This document shows positions 19,888-28,804 of a stretch of DNA of 64,000 nt, one piece after another. The DNA is taken from assembly GCA_045863295.1 (NCBI GenBank), contig BTWA01000031.1, positions 9,218 to 73,217 on the forward strand, written 5' to 3'. The stretch is from Candidatus Hydrogenedentota bacterium. GTDB lineage: Bacteria; Hydrogenedentota; Hydrogenedentia; Hydrogenedentales; SLHB01. Under the pieces are notes generated by a model, which saw only the letters and a program-made list of their open reading frames with translations, was not told where the DNA came from and did no database searches. The stretch's first letter is position 1. The number at the start of each line of letters is the position of its first letter. Both the position numbers and the translations under genes were made by a program.

Positions 19888-21625
19888 GTGCCGCTTCCGG
19901 GAAATCCAGCGCGTCCGACTCCGCGGTCACGCGCATGACTTCCTCAAATGTCGTTATTCCGGCGCAAATTCGCGCCCATCCCGCCTGGCGCAGCGTCCGC
20001 ATTCCTTCCTGCACGGCCTTTCGCTTGATGATTGTCGAAGCAGCCCGCTCGATGGTCAGTTCCTTGATAGTGCCGGAAAACGGCAGGATCTCATAGATCG
20101 CTACGCGGCCCTTGTAGCCGGTATTGCGGCAAGCGTCACACCCACGGCCCCGGCGGAACGTAATACCTGAAACCGAGGCGCGCGTCGCCCCGAAATCGCG
20201 CAGTAACGTCTCGTCCGGCTCGTAGGCTTCCGAACACTGCTTGCAGATGGTCCGCACCAACCGCTGAGCAACCGACGCTATCATGGTGCTTGCGATTAAG
20301 AAAGGTTCCACGCCCATATCCGTGAGTCGCGTCACCGCCCCGGCGGCATCGTTGGTATGCAGCGTGCTGAATACCAAGTGGCCGGTCAGACTCGATCGAA
20401 TTGCCATTTCCGCCGTTTCAAAGTCCCGGATTTCGCCCACCAGCATGATGTCGGGATCGTGCCGCAGCATGGACCGCAGCGCTGTGGCGAAGTCGAATCC
20501 AATCTGGGGCACGATCTGCATCTGCGAGATGCCCTTCAATTGGTATTCAATGGGATCTTCGACAGTGATGATCTTGTGTTCCATGCGGTTGAGTTTGTTC
20601 AACGCCGCATACAAGGTGGTGGTTTTACCGCTCCCCGTCGGCCCCGTAACGAGTATCATGCCGTGCGGCCGCGTAATGAACGTGTTGAAAATCGCAAGGT
20701 CGCTCTCGGCAAATCCCAACTGCTCCATCGTCAGAAACATGGAGGAACGATTCAATATGCGTAGATTGACCGTTTCGCCGTGCGGCGTAGGCAACACCGA
20801 AACGCGCAAGTCAAATTGACTGGCGCCCAGTGACGCACGGATCTTGCCGTCCTGCGGAAGGCGCTTTTCCGCGATGTTCAGATTCGCCATAACTTTGATG
20901 CGCGACACGATGGCGGCATGAAATCCCCTAATCGATGCCGGCGTCGGCACATTGTGGAGAATGCCGTCGATGCGGTACCGGACGCGGAGCTCGTCTTCAA
21001 ACGGCTCCATGTGAATATCGGTCGCACCGGACTGAATCGCTTCCGATAACAGTTCGTTAACGAACTTGATGATGGACGCGTCGATGCTGTCGTCGCCCAG
21101 GTCGGATCCCGCCGCCGAACCATCGAGTGTCAACACCGTTGCGACGCTGTCGCTGTCGCTGAGAATGCGCTCCACGGTGTCCGCGCCGACGCCATACAAG
21201 GCTTTAATGGCACGCTTGATCTCGTCCGGGGCGGCCACCACCGCCTCCACACGCGTCTTCAACACCATGCGAAGGTCGTCAAGGAGGTGGTGGTTCAGCG
21301 GATCACTGACGGCTACGACGAGCGTTCCGTTCCTTTCCTGCACCGGCACGCAGTTGTAGTGCGTGGCGTAACGCGCGGGCATTTTCTTTACCAGCGCCGG
21401 ATCCAACTCTTCCTTGGACGGAGCGACAAACCGCATTTCACAAAAAGCGGCGAGGGCTTTGTACACAGATTCCGCTGTGGCAACCCCTGCGGATACCAGC
21501 GCACTGGGCAGGTCGCGGCCGGTGGCTGTGCATTCCTGCCGGATGCGGCCCAGCGTTGCCTCATCTACAAGGCCTTCCCGGACCAGATGTTTTTCCAAAC
21601 CTCTCTCGACAGCCAAAAGTGCCAC
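19868..21625 (-). CDS. gspE: T2SS ATPase GspE
   Basis: Walker A GPTGSGKTT, TVEDPIEY, RHDPDIMLVGEIRD, GHLVFSTLHTN, tetra-Cys motif. Confidence 0.96.
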   Translation of the reverse strand: MALLAVERGLEKHLVREGLVDEATLGRIRQECTATGRDLPSALVSAGVATAESVYKALAAFCEMRFVAPSKEELDPALVKKMPARYATHYNCVPVQERNGTLVVAVSDPLNHHLLDDLRMVLKTRVEAVVAAPDEIKRAIKALYGVGADTVERILSDSDSVATVLTLDGSAAGSDLGDDSIDASIIKFVNELLSEAIQSGATDIHMEPFEDELRVRYRIDGILHNVPTPASIRGFHAAIVSRIKVMANLNIAEKRLPQDGKIRASLGASQFDLRVSVLPTPHGETVNLRILNRSSMFLTMEQLGFAESDLAIFNTFITRPHGMILVTGPTGSGKTTTLYAALNKLNRMEHKIITVEDPIEYQLKGISQMQIVPQIGFDFATALRSMLRHDPDIMLVGEIRDFETAEMAIRSSLTGHLVFSTLHTNDAAGAVTRLTDMGVEPFLIASTMIASVAQRLVRTICKQCSEAYEPDETLLRDFGATRASVSGITFRRGRGCDACRNTGYKGRVAIYEILPFSGTIKELTIERAASTIIKRKAVQEGMRTLRQAGWARICAGITTFEEVMRVTAESDALDFPEAAHAPVQV

Positions 21626-21646
21626 TCCAAAATCACGTACCCGATC

Positions 21647-21672
21647 TAAGTGCCTGATAAATCAACATGTTA
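21647..21672. promoter_or_regulatory. Back-to-back IHF-consensus sites upstream of gspE
   Basis: AATCAACATGTTA (21660-21672) matches WATCAANNNNTTR exactly. TATCAGGCACTTA on the - strand (21647-21659) has one mismatch. Confidence 0.4.
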
Positions 21673-21751
21673 CCAGATCGTGGCCGGTTTCCGCCAATCG
21701 GACATATGGATCGTGCGGCTGGTTCGGAGATGTGAAATCGGCCGGTTCAGT

Positions 21752-22798
21752 TCACCGGGCCGTGGATTGCAGCCGCGCCATGGCGCTTTGCACACGTTGC
21801 ACCAGCATCGGATTCTCCGATGCGGTCGTTATATGGGCCTTGGCCGCGGTCGCATCCTGAAAGTCGTTGATATACGCCAAGCCAATTTCCAATTCCAGCG
21901 ACGCTACAGCAACAGGGTTGGTGCATCGATCCCGCGCGGACTTCATGGCCAGCACACGATCTTCCGGCTTGTTGGGATCGAGCCCTTGCTCCTCCAAAAT
22001 GGCTAACCCGATTGACTCGGTCGCAAGCGAAGCGACCAGCGTGTCCGGATACTTCGCTATCACCTCTTCGAATCCGCCTATGGGATTCGATCGGTTGCGC
22101 TTCGCGAGTTCAAACGCATACAGCGAGTCGTAGCTCGTTTTCTTGGCCTCGGCAAGCACGTCTCGCCGGTTGGCTACGCGCTTTTCCCAGTCTGGATGGG
22201 CATCCAAAACAGGCGTGTAGTCGGCGCGGACCTTCGTATAAATGGCATACGCATCGTCATACCGTTGCATATCGAATGCGAGATCCGCAGCAATCATCGC
22301 CGCCTCGCCGGACCGCGGATCGGTGGGATGATCGTTGACCACCGCCATGGCCCGTTCGTAGGCAGGGCCCATTTCCCGCCGCTCCAGCAGCGACCGCACG
22401 TCCGCAAGCGCCAACTCCACCGGTGTCTGTCCGGCGGTTTCCATGGTCGCCACGGCACCACCCATGGGTGCGGCAGGCTTGAGTGACAATCCAAGTACAA
22501 CCGCAAGAGCGGCCGCACACAGGGCGCCCACCGGCGCCCATTTCAACATAGGCCGCCACGCGCGAACGGGTTGGGATACAGATTCCGCTGCCAGCCGGGC
22601 TTTCACAAGGGGAAGCAGATCAATCTCCAGCACCGGTTGTGTTTTGGGTATGGCGCGCAACAGCCGGGCCAGGTCTTCGGCTTCGGTTTGCAGGTCGGGG
22701 TCCGACGTCAGGGCGCGCTCCAAAGCGGCAGGATTCGCCGCGTCCGTAACGTGGGCCGCGAGATCAATCCGCTTTTTGTTGCGGCGGCTCCAAAACAT
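21752..22798 (-). CDS. Putative anti-sigma factor (TM plus periplasmic TPR-like helices)
   Basis: Directly downstream of the ECF sigma. Short cytoplasmic N-domain, one TM, repeats such as AVVNDHP and EVIAKYPDT. Confidence 0.65.
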   Translation of the reverse strand: MFWSRRNKKRIDLAAHVTDAANPAALERALTSDPDLQTEAEDLARLLRAIPKTQPVLEIDLLPLVKARLAAESVSQPVRAWRPMLKWAPVGALCAAALAVVLGLSLKPAAPMGGAVATMETAGQTPVELALADVRSLLERREMGPAYERAMAVVNDHPTDPRSGEAAMIAADLAFDMQRYDDAYAIYTKVRADYTPVLDAHPDWEKRVANRRDVLAEAKKTSYDSLYAFELAKRNRSNPIGGFEEVIAKYPDTLVASLATESIGLAILEEQGLDPNKPEDRVLAMKSARDRCTNPVAVASLELEIGLAYINDFQDATAAKAHITTASENPMLVQRVQSAMARLQSTAR

Positions 22799-22803
22799 GG
22801 CGT

Positions 22804-23376
22804 TCAGTCCTCGTATAGGTCCCGCAATTCCACTTGCATCTTCTTCAACGCGCGGAACAAATGCACTTTGACGCTGCCAACGGTACAGCCGATGACTTCG
22901 GCAATTTCGTTTAGTTGCAACCCCTCGTAATGGCGCATCGCAAACACCGCCCGTTGCGTCACGGACAACACCGATAACGCCCGGTTGACGCGTTGGTCAA
23001 TTTCCTCCGCACGCACCTGCTGCTCGGTGTCGCGCGATGCATGCGTGTCGTGCGCGGTCCGCCCGGAGGTTTGTGCCTCGTCGTCCAGACTTTCGTGGCG
23101 GCGCCGGTTACGTTTGCGCACCAGATCGATCGCATGATTGGTGGTCAGGCGCATCAACCACGGTACAAACCCGCTCGTCGGCTGCCACGCGTGGATTTTC
23201 TGAAACGCCTTGACCAACGATTCTTGGGCGGCGTCCAGAGCATCCTCGCGATTCAACGTAATCCGGTAGGCCACGGCATAGACGCGGCCCTGATGGCGGC
23301 GCACCAGTTCCTCGAACGCGCGCGCATTCCCCTCCTGGAGGGCAAGCGCCAGTTCTTCGTCGGTTCTTGCCGCCAT
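22804..23376 (-). CDS. ECF sigma factor
   Basis: AFEELVRRHQGRVY, DAAQESLVKAF, WLMRLTTN, EIAEVIGCTVGSVKVHLFRA. GAGGA precedes ATG 23376. Confidence 0.95.
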   Translation of the reverse strand: MAARTDEELALALQEGNARAFEELVRRHQGRVYAVAYRITLNREDALDAAQESLVKAFQKIHAWQPTSGFVPWLMRLTTNHAIDLVRKRNRRRHESLDDEAQTSGRTAHDTHASRDTEQQVRAEEIDQRVNRALSVLSVTQRAVFAMRHYEGLQLNEIAEVIGCTVGSVKVHLFRALKKMQVELRDLYED

Positions 23377-23405
23377 GTCCTCGGCAACTTGTGTTCTCGA
23401 AAGAG

Positions 23406-23435
23406 TCAACGCGTATGTCCGGCAAAAGGTTTACA
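23406..23435 (-). promoter_or_regulatory. Putative ECF autoregulatory promoter
   Basis: TGTAAAC-CTTTT...(17 nt spacer)-CGTTGA about 30 nt upstream of the sigma start. AAC/CGT pattern with a T-tract, as in SigW-type promoters. Confidence 0.5.
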
Positions 23436-23542
23436 CCAGGTCGAAAATGACCGGTCCGCGAATTGCTCCCCGGTATACTACCCGATTTCGGCAAATCTTT
23501 GTATGTCTATGAAATGGCATGTGTTGCACGCGAAAAAACTCT

Positions 23543-24556
23543 TTACGCAACAAAAACATAGTGCCGTCGTTCCATGTAGCCCCTAAGAGACAGCCACGAC
23601 CGAATCTCGTCCCGCGCCCCCGGCGCGCCCACGGCCACCACCACGAACGGACCCCCGGGAGGCGGCAGTTCGTCCGGAGCAATTACCGGCGCGCCATGGA
23701 TCACGCGGCCAATCTTCCGGGGATTGATATCTACAACGGTCAATGGCCTCTGCGGCCACTCTTTCAACCATTCCTTGCCTACCACCCCGGCGCCCCACTG
23801 AATGAAAGGGTCGCCCGCGCTCAAATGGCACTGCTGAAGGTAGTGCCGTTTGGCTGCGCGAAAGGCGGCCGGCGCATACCGGGGGTGGTTCATGGAATGC
23901 CGGTTGGAGTGGTTTGTCCATCGCAGCAACGGCTTGGCCACGTTGGAAAGTGCGTAGCCCGCGGCATGTAACCGCAATACCACGTCGTAATCCTCGGCCC
24001 ACCCGATATCCTCGTAACCCCCGACCGCTTCAAAGGGTTCCCGCCGCAGGAAGAATGTGGGATGTGCGACCGGGCACTCCACAAACATCTCCCGCGCTAC
24101 GGATTCCGGTGTGGTCAGAGTGTTGATCCACTGTTGGTATCGCTCCCTACCGGAGCCAATGGTTCCAGGCAGCGACTCCACCTGAGTGCCGCAAAGGGCA
24201 ATATCCGGATAAAAGGTCATGTAGTTCAGTTGCTGCGCAATTCGGTCAGGATGCGTCCAGTCGTCCGCGTCCATTCGTGCAAGAAACTGGCCCTGGGCGA
24301 CACTGTGTGCATGGCGTAGCGCCGCGACAATGCCCTCATGCGGTTGGTGAATCACCCGGATGCGGGAATCACGCTTCGAGGCCGCGTGTAACAATGCGTT
24401 CGTGTCGTCGGTGGAACCGTCGTCCACCGCAATCAGTTCCCAATGGGCGTACGTCTGGTCCAGTATCGATTTAATGGCCGTTTCCAACGAAGACTCGCTG
24501 TTCCAAACAGGCATCAGTATCGAAACGAGCAGGTTCGTCATGCGACGAGACGTCAA
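23543..24556 (-). CDS. GT2 glycosyltransferase with C-terminal Rossmann-like domain
   Basis: VSILMPVWN, VDDGSTD, ARMDADD, AEDYD, C-terminal QWGAGVVGK...VDINPRKIG. Confidence 0.9.
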   Translation of the reverse strand: MTSRRMTNLLVSILMPVWNSESSLETAIKSILDQTYAHWELIAVDDGSTDDTNALLHAASKRDSRIRVIHQPHEGIVAALRHAHSVAQGQFLARMDADDWTHPDRIAQQLNYMTFYPDIALCGTQVESLPGTIGSGRERYQQWINTLTTPESVAREMFVECPVAHPTFFLRREPFEAVGGYEDIGWAEDYDVVLRLHAAGYALSNVAKPLLRWTNHSNRHSMNHPRYAPAAFRAAKRHYLQQCHLSAGDPFIQWGAGVVGKEWLKEWPQRPLTVVDINPRKIGRVIHGAPVIAPDELPPPGGPFVVVAVGAPGARDEIRSWLSLRGYMERRHYVFVA

Positions 24557-25248
24557 ACGACGCCGGATTGGTCGAATTGATTCAGATAGGGGTAGATGTG
24601 ACTGCTGATAAAGCTGCGAACGCGCTGCACGTGATCACGCGGCTTCATCTCGGACTGGGCGCTGATTACCGTATTGGGAAAGATGCCCTTCACTTCTATA
24701 TACACTTCGTTTAATCCGTGCCGGTACGACTCGATAATGATGTGCAAGGTACCGGGATGATCCGGAGTCTCGGGAAGCACAAACCGGAGGCCTCCCACGG
24801 CAATGGGCCGTTGAAAATGGGGCCCAATGCGGCCCGCCTGCCGGCAGGCGTTGTCGATGAGAAACACGCGGGCGTCCTGAAAGTGAGTGAGTGCGAATGT
24901 CGTGCGTATTGTAACGGTCTGGGCCACGTAGGCCGGAATCTCCAGCACATCCAGGGCCACCGCCGAGGCCTTGTCCACCTTGTCGAGGAATTGAGCCATC
25001 GGAAGATCTACCCATTCCTCCGCGAACAGAATACGGTCCGGCAGAAACACGGCGGCGGAATGCGTCTTCTCGCCGCGCCTGGAATAGAACTTCGGCGGCC
25101 CGGGCGGCGTAAGTTCAATGTTGTCGAATGACGTCACCCGGCTTTGCGACCAGTCGAAATACAACCGTTGCAACACGGGCACCGCATGCGACTTCGGAAT
25201 GTGCATGAGTTCCGTCGAAAAATGAATGGGTCGATCTTCCGCCTGCAT
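24553..25248 (-). CDS. Conserved hypothetical protein
   Basis: Long ORF with GGAGGA ribosome-binding site; stop overlaps the GT2 start. Confidence 0.7.
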   Translation of the reverse strand: MQAEDRPIHFSTELMHIPKSHAVPVLQRLYFDWSQSRVTSFDNIELTPPGPPKFYSRRGEKTHSAAVFLPDRILFAEEWVDLPMAQFLDKVDKASAVALDVLEIPAYVAQTVTIRTTFALTHFQDARVFLIDNACRQAGRIGPHFQRPIAVGGLRFVLPETPDHPGTLHIIIESYRHGLNEVYIEVKGIFPNTVISAQSEMKPRDHVQRVRSFISSHIYPYLNQFDQSGVV

Positions 25249-25283
25249 GAATCCTCCGGAAATAGTCCGCACACAAGCCGCCC

Positions 25284-26957
25284 TCAGGGCGCTTCCGAAG
25301 TCGGATTGTAGTCCGGCGACCGGTTGATGGGGGACGCGCTCAAGTCCGTAATTTTGCCCAACGTTTCCAGAAAGTAATCGCGATCTTCGTTAATCTTGAA
25401 TACGGCTACTTCCCGGCGGCCCTTCCGCACATGAAATTCATACGGCAAATTGTGGGCGTCCAGCTGCAGTGAAAACATCTTGGGAGAAAGGGCGTTGGCT
25501 TGGACCACCAGCGGTACCCACACCGTATTGCCCAGACAGGCGAGACGCATAACTTCATTCGCAAAATTTGGAGCCACTCCCTTGATGGGAAGGTCGTCGT
25601 TATGCGTGCGCATGGGTAGCCCGTTCTCGTTACGAAAGGTTTCCGGGATGCGGATCACGTCGCCCGTCTTAAACTCCGCCGCGATGAGTTCCGCTGCGCC
25701 GTTCCAGTCGGGCCGCATGGGCCTTTTCAGATCCTCAAGCACATAAGCACAGGTGAATGCGACGGCACCCACGGCCACGAACCGGACAAAACCGCTTCGG
25801 AACGTGGTAATGGCGGCGGCTCCCAGCAGAAACATCGCATACGACGAATGCAACACATACCGCTCCACGTAGCATTCCTTCACGGTATGAGAAAGCACGA
25901 ACAACACAATCATGGGAATAAAAAGCCACGCCAGCAGGTAATAAATTACCGAAACGCTGAATCCACTTCCCTGCGTGAGCGCCACCCAACTGCAGCGGTC
26001 CAAATCAATAATCAACCGGTGATGACTGTCGGAATCCGCCTGCAATTGCCATTGCTTGATCTTGCCCATGCAGAATTTCAGCATCCGAAGCAACAGAAAC
26101 GCAAACACAAGCCCCACAAATAACCCACCCGGATAAATAAGGTGATACAGCTCTTCATTGCCGAACAGCATGGCACCGGTGAATACATAAAGATAGGAAT
26201 CAAAAAGTACTTGAAGCGAGGGCTTCGGTATCCAGCCGATCATGCTCTCAATCTTGGTCTGAGAAAATCCGGACACCCACCAGAAGAACGGAATGAGGAT
26301 GGGAACGTGGGCTGCCGCGAAAACATACGCATGCGGACGTTTCCATCCCCTGCCGAACAACAGTATCAACCCTTGAACAAAAACCAGGGTGCAGCCGAAA
26401 AAGTGCGTCCCCAGCATGGCCGCGTTGGCAAGAATGCAGATCGGCCATACCCAACGCTTCCCCCGGTGATAGGCCAGGTAAAACCCGTATGCCGAAACGA
26501 TTGCGAGCGCATAGTACAGCGAATACATCCGGATGTCCTGGCTATGCCAGATGTGATTCTTGGAAACCGCCAACATGAACATGGCCGTCAAGCCGCAAAA
26601 ATGACCCAACAGCGATCGCCCGAAGGCATAAAGCAGGATCATGGCAATGACGCTTGTTGAGACGGAAAATAGCCGCAATGCATAAATCGAATAACCGGTA
26701 GCGCGGCCAATGTAGTACTCAAACACAAAGTAAAGCGGCATCATGGCGGGGTCTTGCGCGCGTTCCGCATCGATGAATTCCATCAGTGTGGGCTCGTCAA
26801 GCACGGCCACACTGACGGCCTCGTCGAACCAAAGGGACTCGGCATCCAACTTGTACACTCGGAGGCCAATTCCCAAAGCAAGAATAGCGGCAAAGGTGAT
26901 TATCTGCAGTGGGCTTTTCCAAAAAACACTGCTGCCGGCATTAGCTGCATGATCCAT
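25284..26957 (-). CDS. Membrane glycosyltransferase, GT-C fold (GT39/ArnT/PMT-like)
   Basis: LRVYKLDAESLWFDEA, PLYF, SQDIRMYSL, ERY; multiple TM segments. Confidence 0.85.
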   Translation of the reverse strand: MDHAANAGSSVFWKSPLQIITFAAILALGIGLRVYKLDAESLWFDEAVSVAVLDEPTLMEFIDAERAQDPAMMPLYFVFEYYIGRATGYSIYALRLFSVSTSVIAMILLYAFGRSLLGHFCGLTAMFMLAVSKNHIWHSQDIRMYSLYYALAIVSAYGFYLAYHRGKRWVWPICILANAAMLGTHFFGCTLVFVQGLILLFGRGWKRPHAYVFAAAHVPILIPFFWWVSGFSQTKIESMIGWIPKPSLQVLFDSYLYVFTGAMLFGNEELYHLIYPGGLFVGLVFAFLLLRMLKFCMGKIKQWQLQADSDSHHRLIIDLDRCSWVALTQGSGFSVSVIYYLLAWLFIPMIVLFVLSHTVKECYVERYVLHSSYAMFLLGAAAITTFRSGFVRFVAVGAVAFTCAYVLEDLKRPMRPDWNGAAELIAAEFKTGDVIRIPETFRNENGLPMRTHNDDLPIKGVAPNFANEVMRLACLGNTVWVPLVVQANALSPKMFSLQLDAHNLPYEFHVRKGRREVAVFKINEDRDYFLETLGKITDLSASPINRSPDYNPTSEAP

Positions 26958-27059
26958 TACTGCTCCCCATGTGCAAAACGTGATATAACAGCCGCGGCTG
27001 CCCCCAAGACATGCATGACTTTACAAAATGCGGGCGCGGCATACAAGCTGTAGCCGCCT

Positions 27060-27413
27060 TCAACGAAAGTGCTCTTTCCAGTCGTTCTCGTCAAAGCCGG
27101 TCAATCCAAACCCATCGGCCACGACGAATGGCCGTTTCACCAGATTCCCGTTGGTGGAAAGCAGTTCAAATGCCTCCGCTTGTGACATACGAGCCATACG
27201 ATCCTTCAGGCCCAGTGCCTTGTAATCTCCCCCCGACGTATTGAAAAGCAATCGAAGATTGCCGCCCACATAATCCAGCATTTTCTTCAATTCTGCTTTG
27301 CTGGGAGGCTGATCGCGAATCGGGATGACTCTGTGCTCAATTTCGCGGGATTCCAGGAATTTCAAGGCCTTTCGGCATGTGTCGCACTTCGCGTAGGCAT
27401 ACACCTTCAACAT
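27060..27413 (-). CDS. ArsC/Spx (YffB-like) family protein
   Basis: CDTCRKALKFL, LFNTSGGDYK, LVKRPF. Confidence 0.9.
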   Translation of the reverse strand: MLKVYAYAKCDTCRKALKFLESREIEHRVIPIRDQPPSKAELKKMLDYVGGNLRLLFNTSGGDYKALGLKDRMARMSQAEAFELLSTNGNLVKRPFVVADGFGLTGFDENDWKEHFR

Positions 27414-27574
27414 CTCAGCCGCTCCACGTCGATTCCTGCCAAGTGAAAACTCCATCGTAACACGAACCGGAGTCCGCTTGCAGATCGTCAGTGAAAGGGC
27501 GCATCACGTGGAAATCTGGACCGAACCGGATTTTCTACGCTACCCTTGTGCGAGAGAAACGGGAGAGTTATCCA

Positions 27575-28786
27575 ATGAAACCAAAGCGGCTCGTCTCAAT
27601 CGCCGTCCTTATGATTGCACTGGCCGGTTCCTGCGCTACCCAGAGCACACTCTCCGGCCTTCGCGCTGCATGTGTGGGACCGCTGGACCAAAAGAATCCA
27701 GACACTCATCAGGCAGTCCTGCAACATGCGCTCGACAAGGCGGGACCCGGCTCTGTTATCACTGTGGCCCCAGGTACGTATGCCATGTCTGATCCCAAAG
27801 GCCTGCGCGTGTACCAGGGCATGACCCTAATACTTACCGGAGCGACGTTTATTTGGTCCAGCGATGTTTCAGAGGACGGACAGACCTTCCTCGTGGAAGA
27901 CGCCTCCAACGTGAGCATTGAAGGAGGTCGTATCATTGGAATGCGATCCCAATGGGATCCCGGGGTCAACATCGCCGGAGTGCGAGCAATGGGGGAGTCC
28001 CACGACCTCACCATTCGCGGTCTGCATTGCGAAGATCTCAGCAGCAACGCCGTGGGGGTTTTCGGTGCCAGCGACGAAAATCCCATTCGATCCGTGCGTA
28101 TCCAAGAGGTTACCGCGCGCAATTGCTGCAATTTTTACGGCGACTACCTGTCCACTGATCGCGGACCCGCGAAAGGAAGTGTGCGCGAAGATCAAGGCGG
28201 AGTTGCCTTCTATTTCGTGTCCAATTGGCAGGTGGACGGTTGCCGGTTCGAAAGGTCCCAATCCGACGGCACGCACTTTTATCACGCACACAACGGCCAG
28301 TTCGTGAATTCCACGGTGACTCTCAGCCAGATGGGCGGCTACTTTTTGGAAGGGTGCGAAGATGTAGTCGCCATTGGCAACCGGTTCCATTCAAACGGGT
28401 CGCGCGGCGTCACCATTGAACGGGACAGCCGTAGATGCATTCTTGCCAACAATCTCATCGCGGAAAGCGGTCGAGAAGGACTTTGGGCACCCGATGCCGA
28501 ACAACTCGTCGTTTCCCAAAACGTGTTCAAGGAAAACGGAATCAAGGACGACGCCGAAAAGGATTGCCATATCAGAATCGAAGACACAAACGAATACGCC
28601 ACCGTTCCGACGGGAGTCCGAATCGACGGCAACTTGTTTATAACCGCCGAACACCAGACCGCCGCCATTTGGGCGGGGTCCGGCGTTCGTGAGGTCAAAG
28701 TAAACGCCAACTCCTTTATTGGAGAAGGACTGCCGCTAAAACTGGCCGACAACGCCCGTGTCGACGTCAGCCCAAGCAACGGCTAA
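27575..28786 (+). CDS. Exported right-handed parallel beta-helix protein (pectin-lyase-like fold)
   Basis: Signal or lipoprotein-like N-terminus (IALAGSC), VITVAPGTY, repeated IGNRF/ANNLI/SQNVF/DGNLF strands. Confidence 0.8.
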   Translation: MKPKRLVSIAVLMIALAGSCATQSTLSGLRAACVGPLDQKNPDTHQAVLQHALDKAGPGSVITVAPGTYAMSDPKGLRVYQGMTLILTGATFIWSSDVSEDGQTFLVEDASNVSIEGGRIIGMRSQWDPGVNIAGVRAMGESHDLTIRGLHCEDLSSNAVGVFGASDENPIRSVRIQEVTARNCCNFYGDYLSTDRGPAKGSVREDQGGVAFYFVSNWQVDGCRFERSQSDGTHFYHAHNGQFVNSTVTLSQMGGYFLEGCEDVVAIGNRFHSNGSRGVTIERDSRRCILANNLIAESGREGLWAPDAEQLVVSQNVFKENGIKDDAEKDCHIRIEDTNEYATVPTGVRIDGNLFITAEHQTAAIWAGSGVREVKVNANSFIGEGLPLKLADNARVDVSPSNG

Positions 28787-28804
28787 TCGCGCTTGGCCAA
28801 TGCC

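Noticed and set aside
9834..21625. Type IV pilus rather than T2SS
   Set aside because: GspG and GspK signatures, gene order E-F-G-H-I-J-K-L-M, and no PilT.
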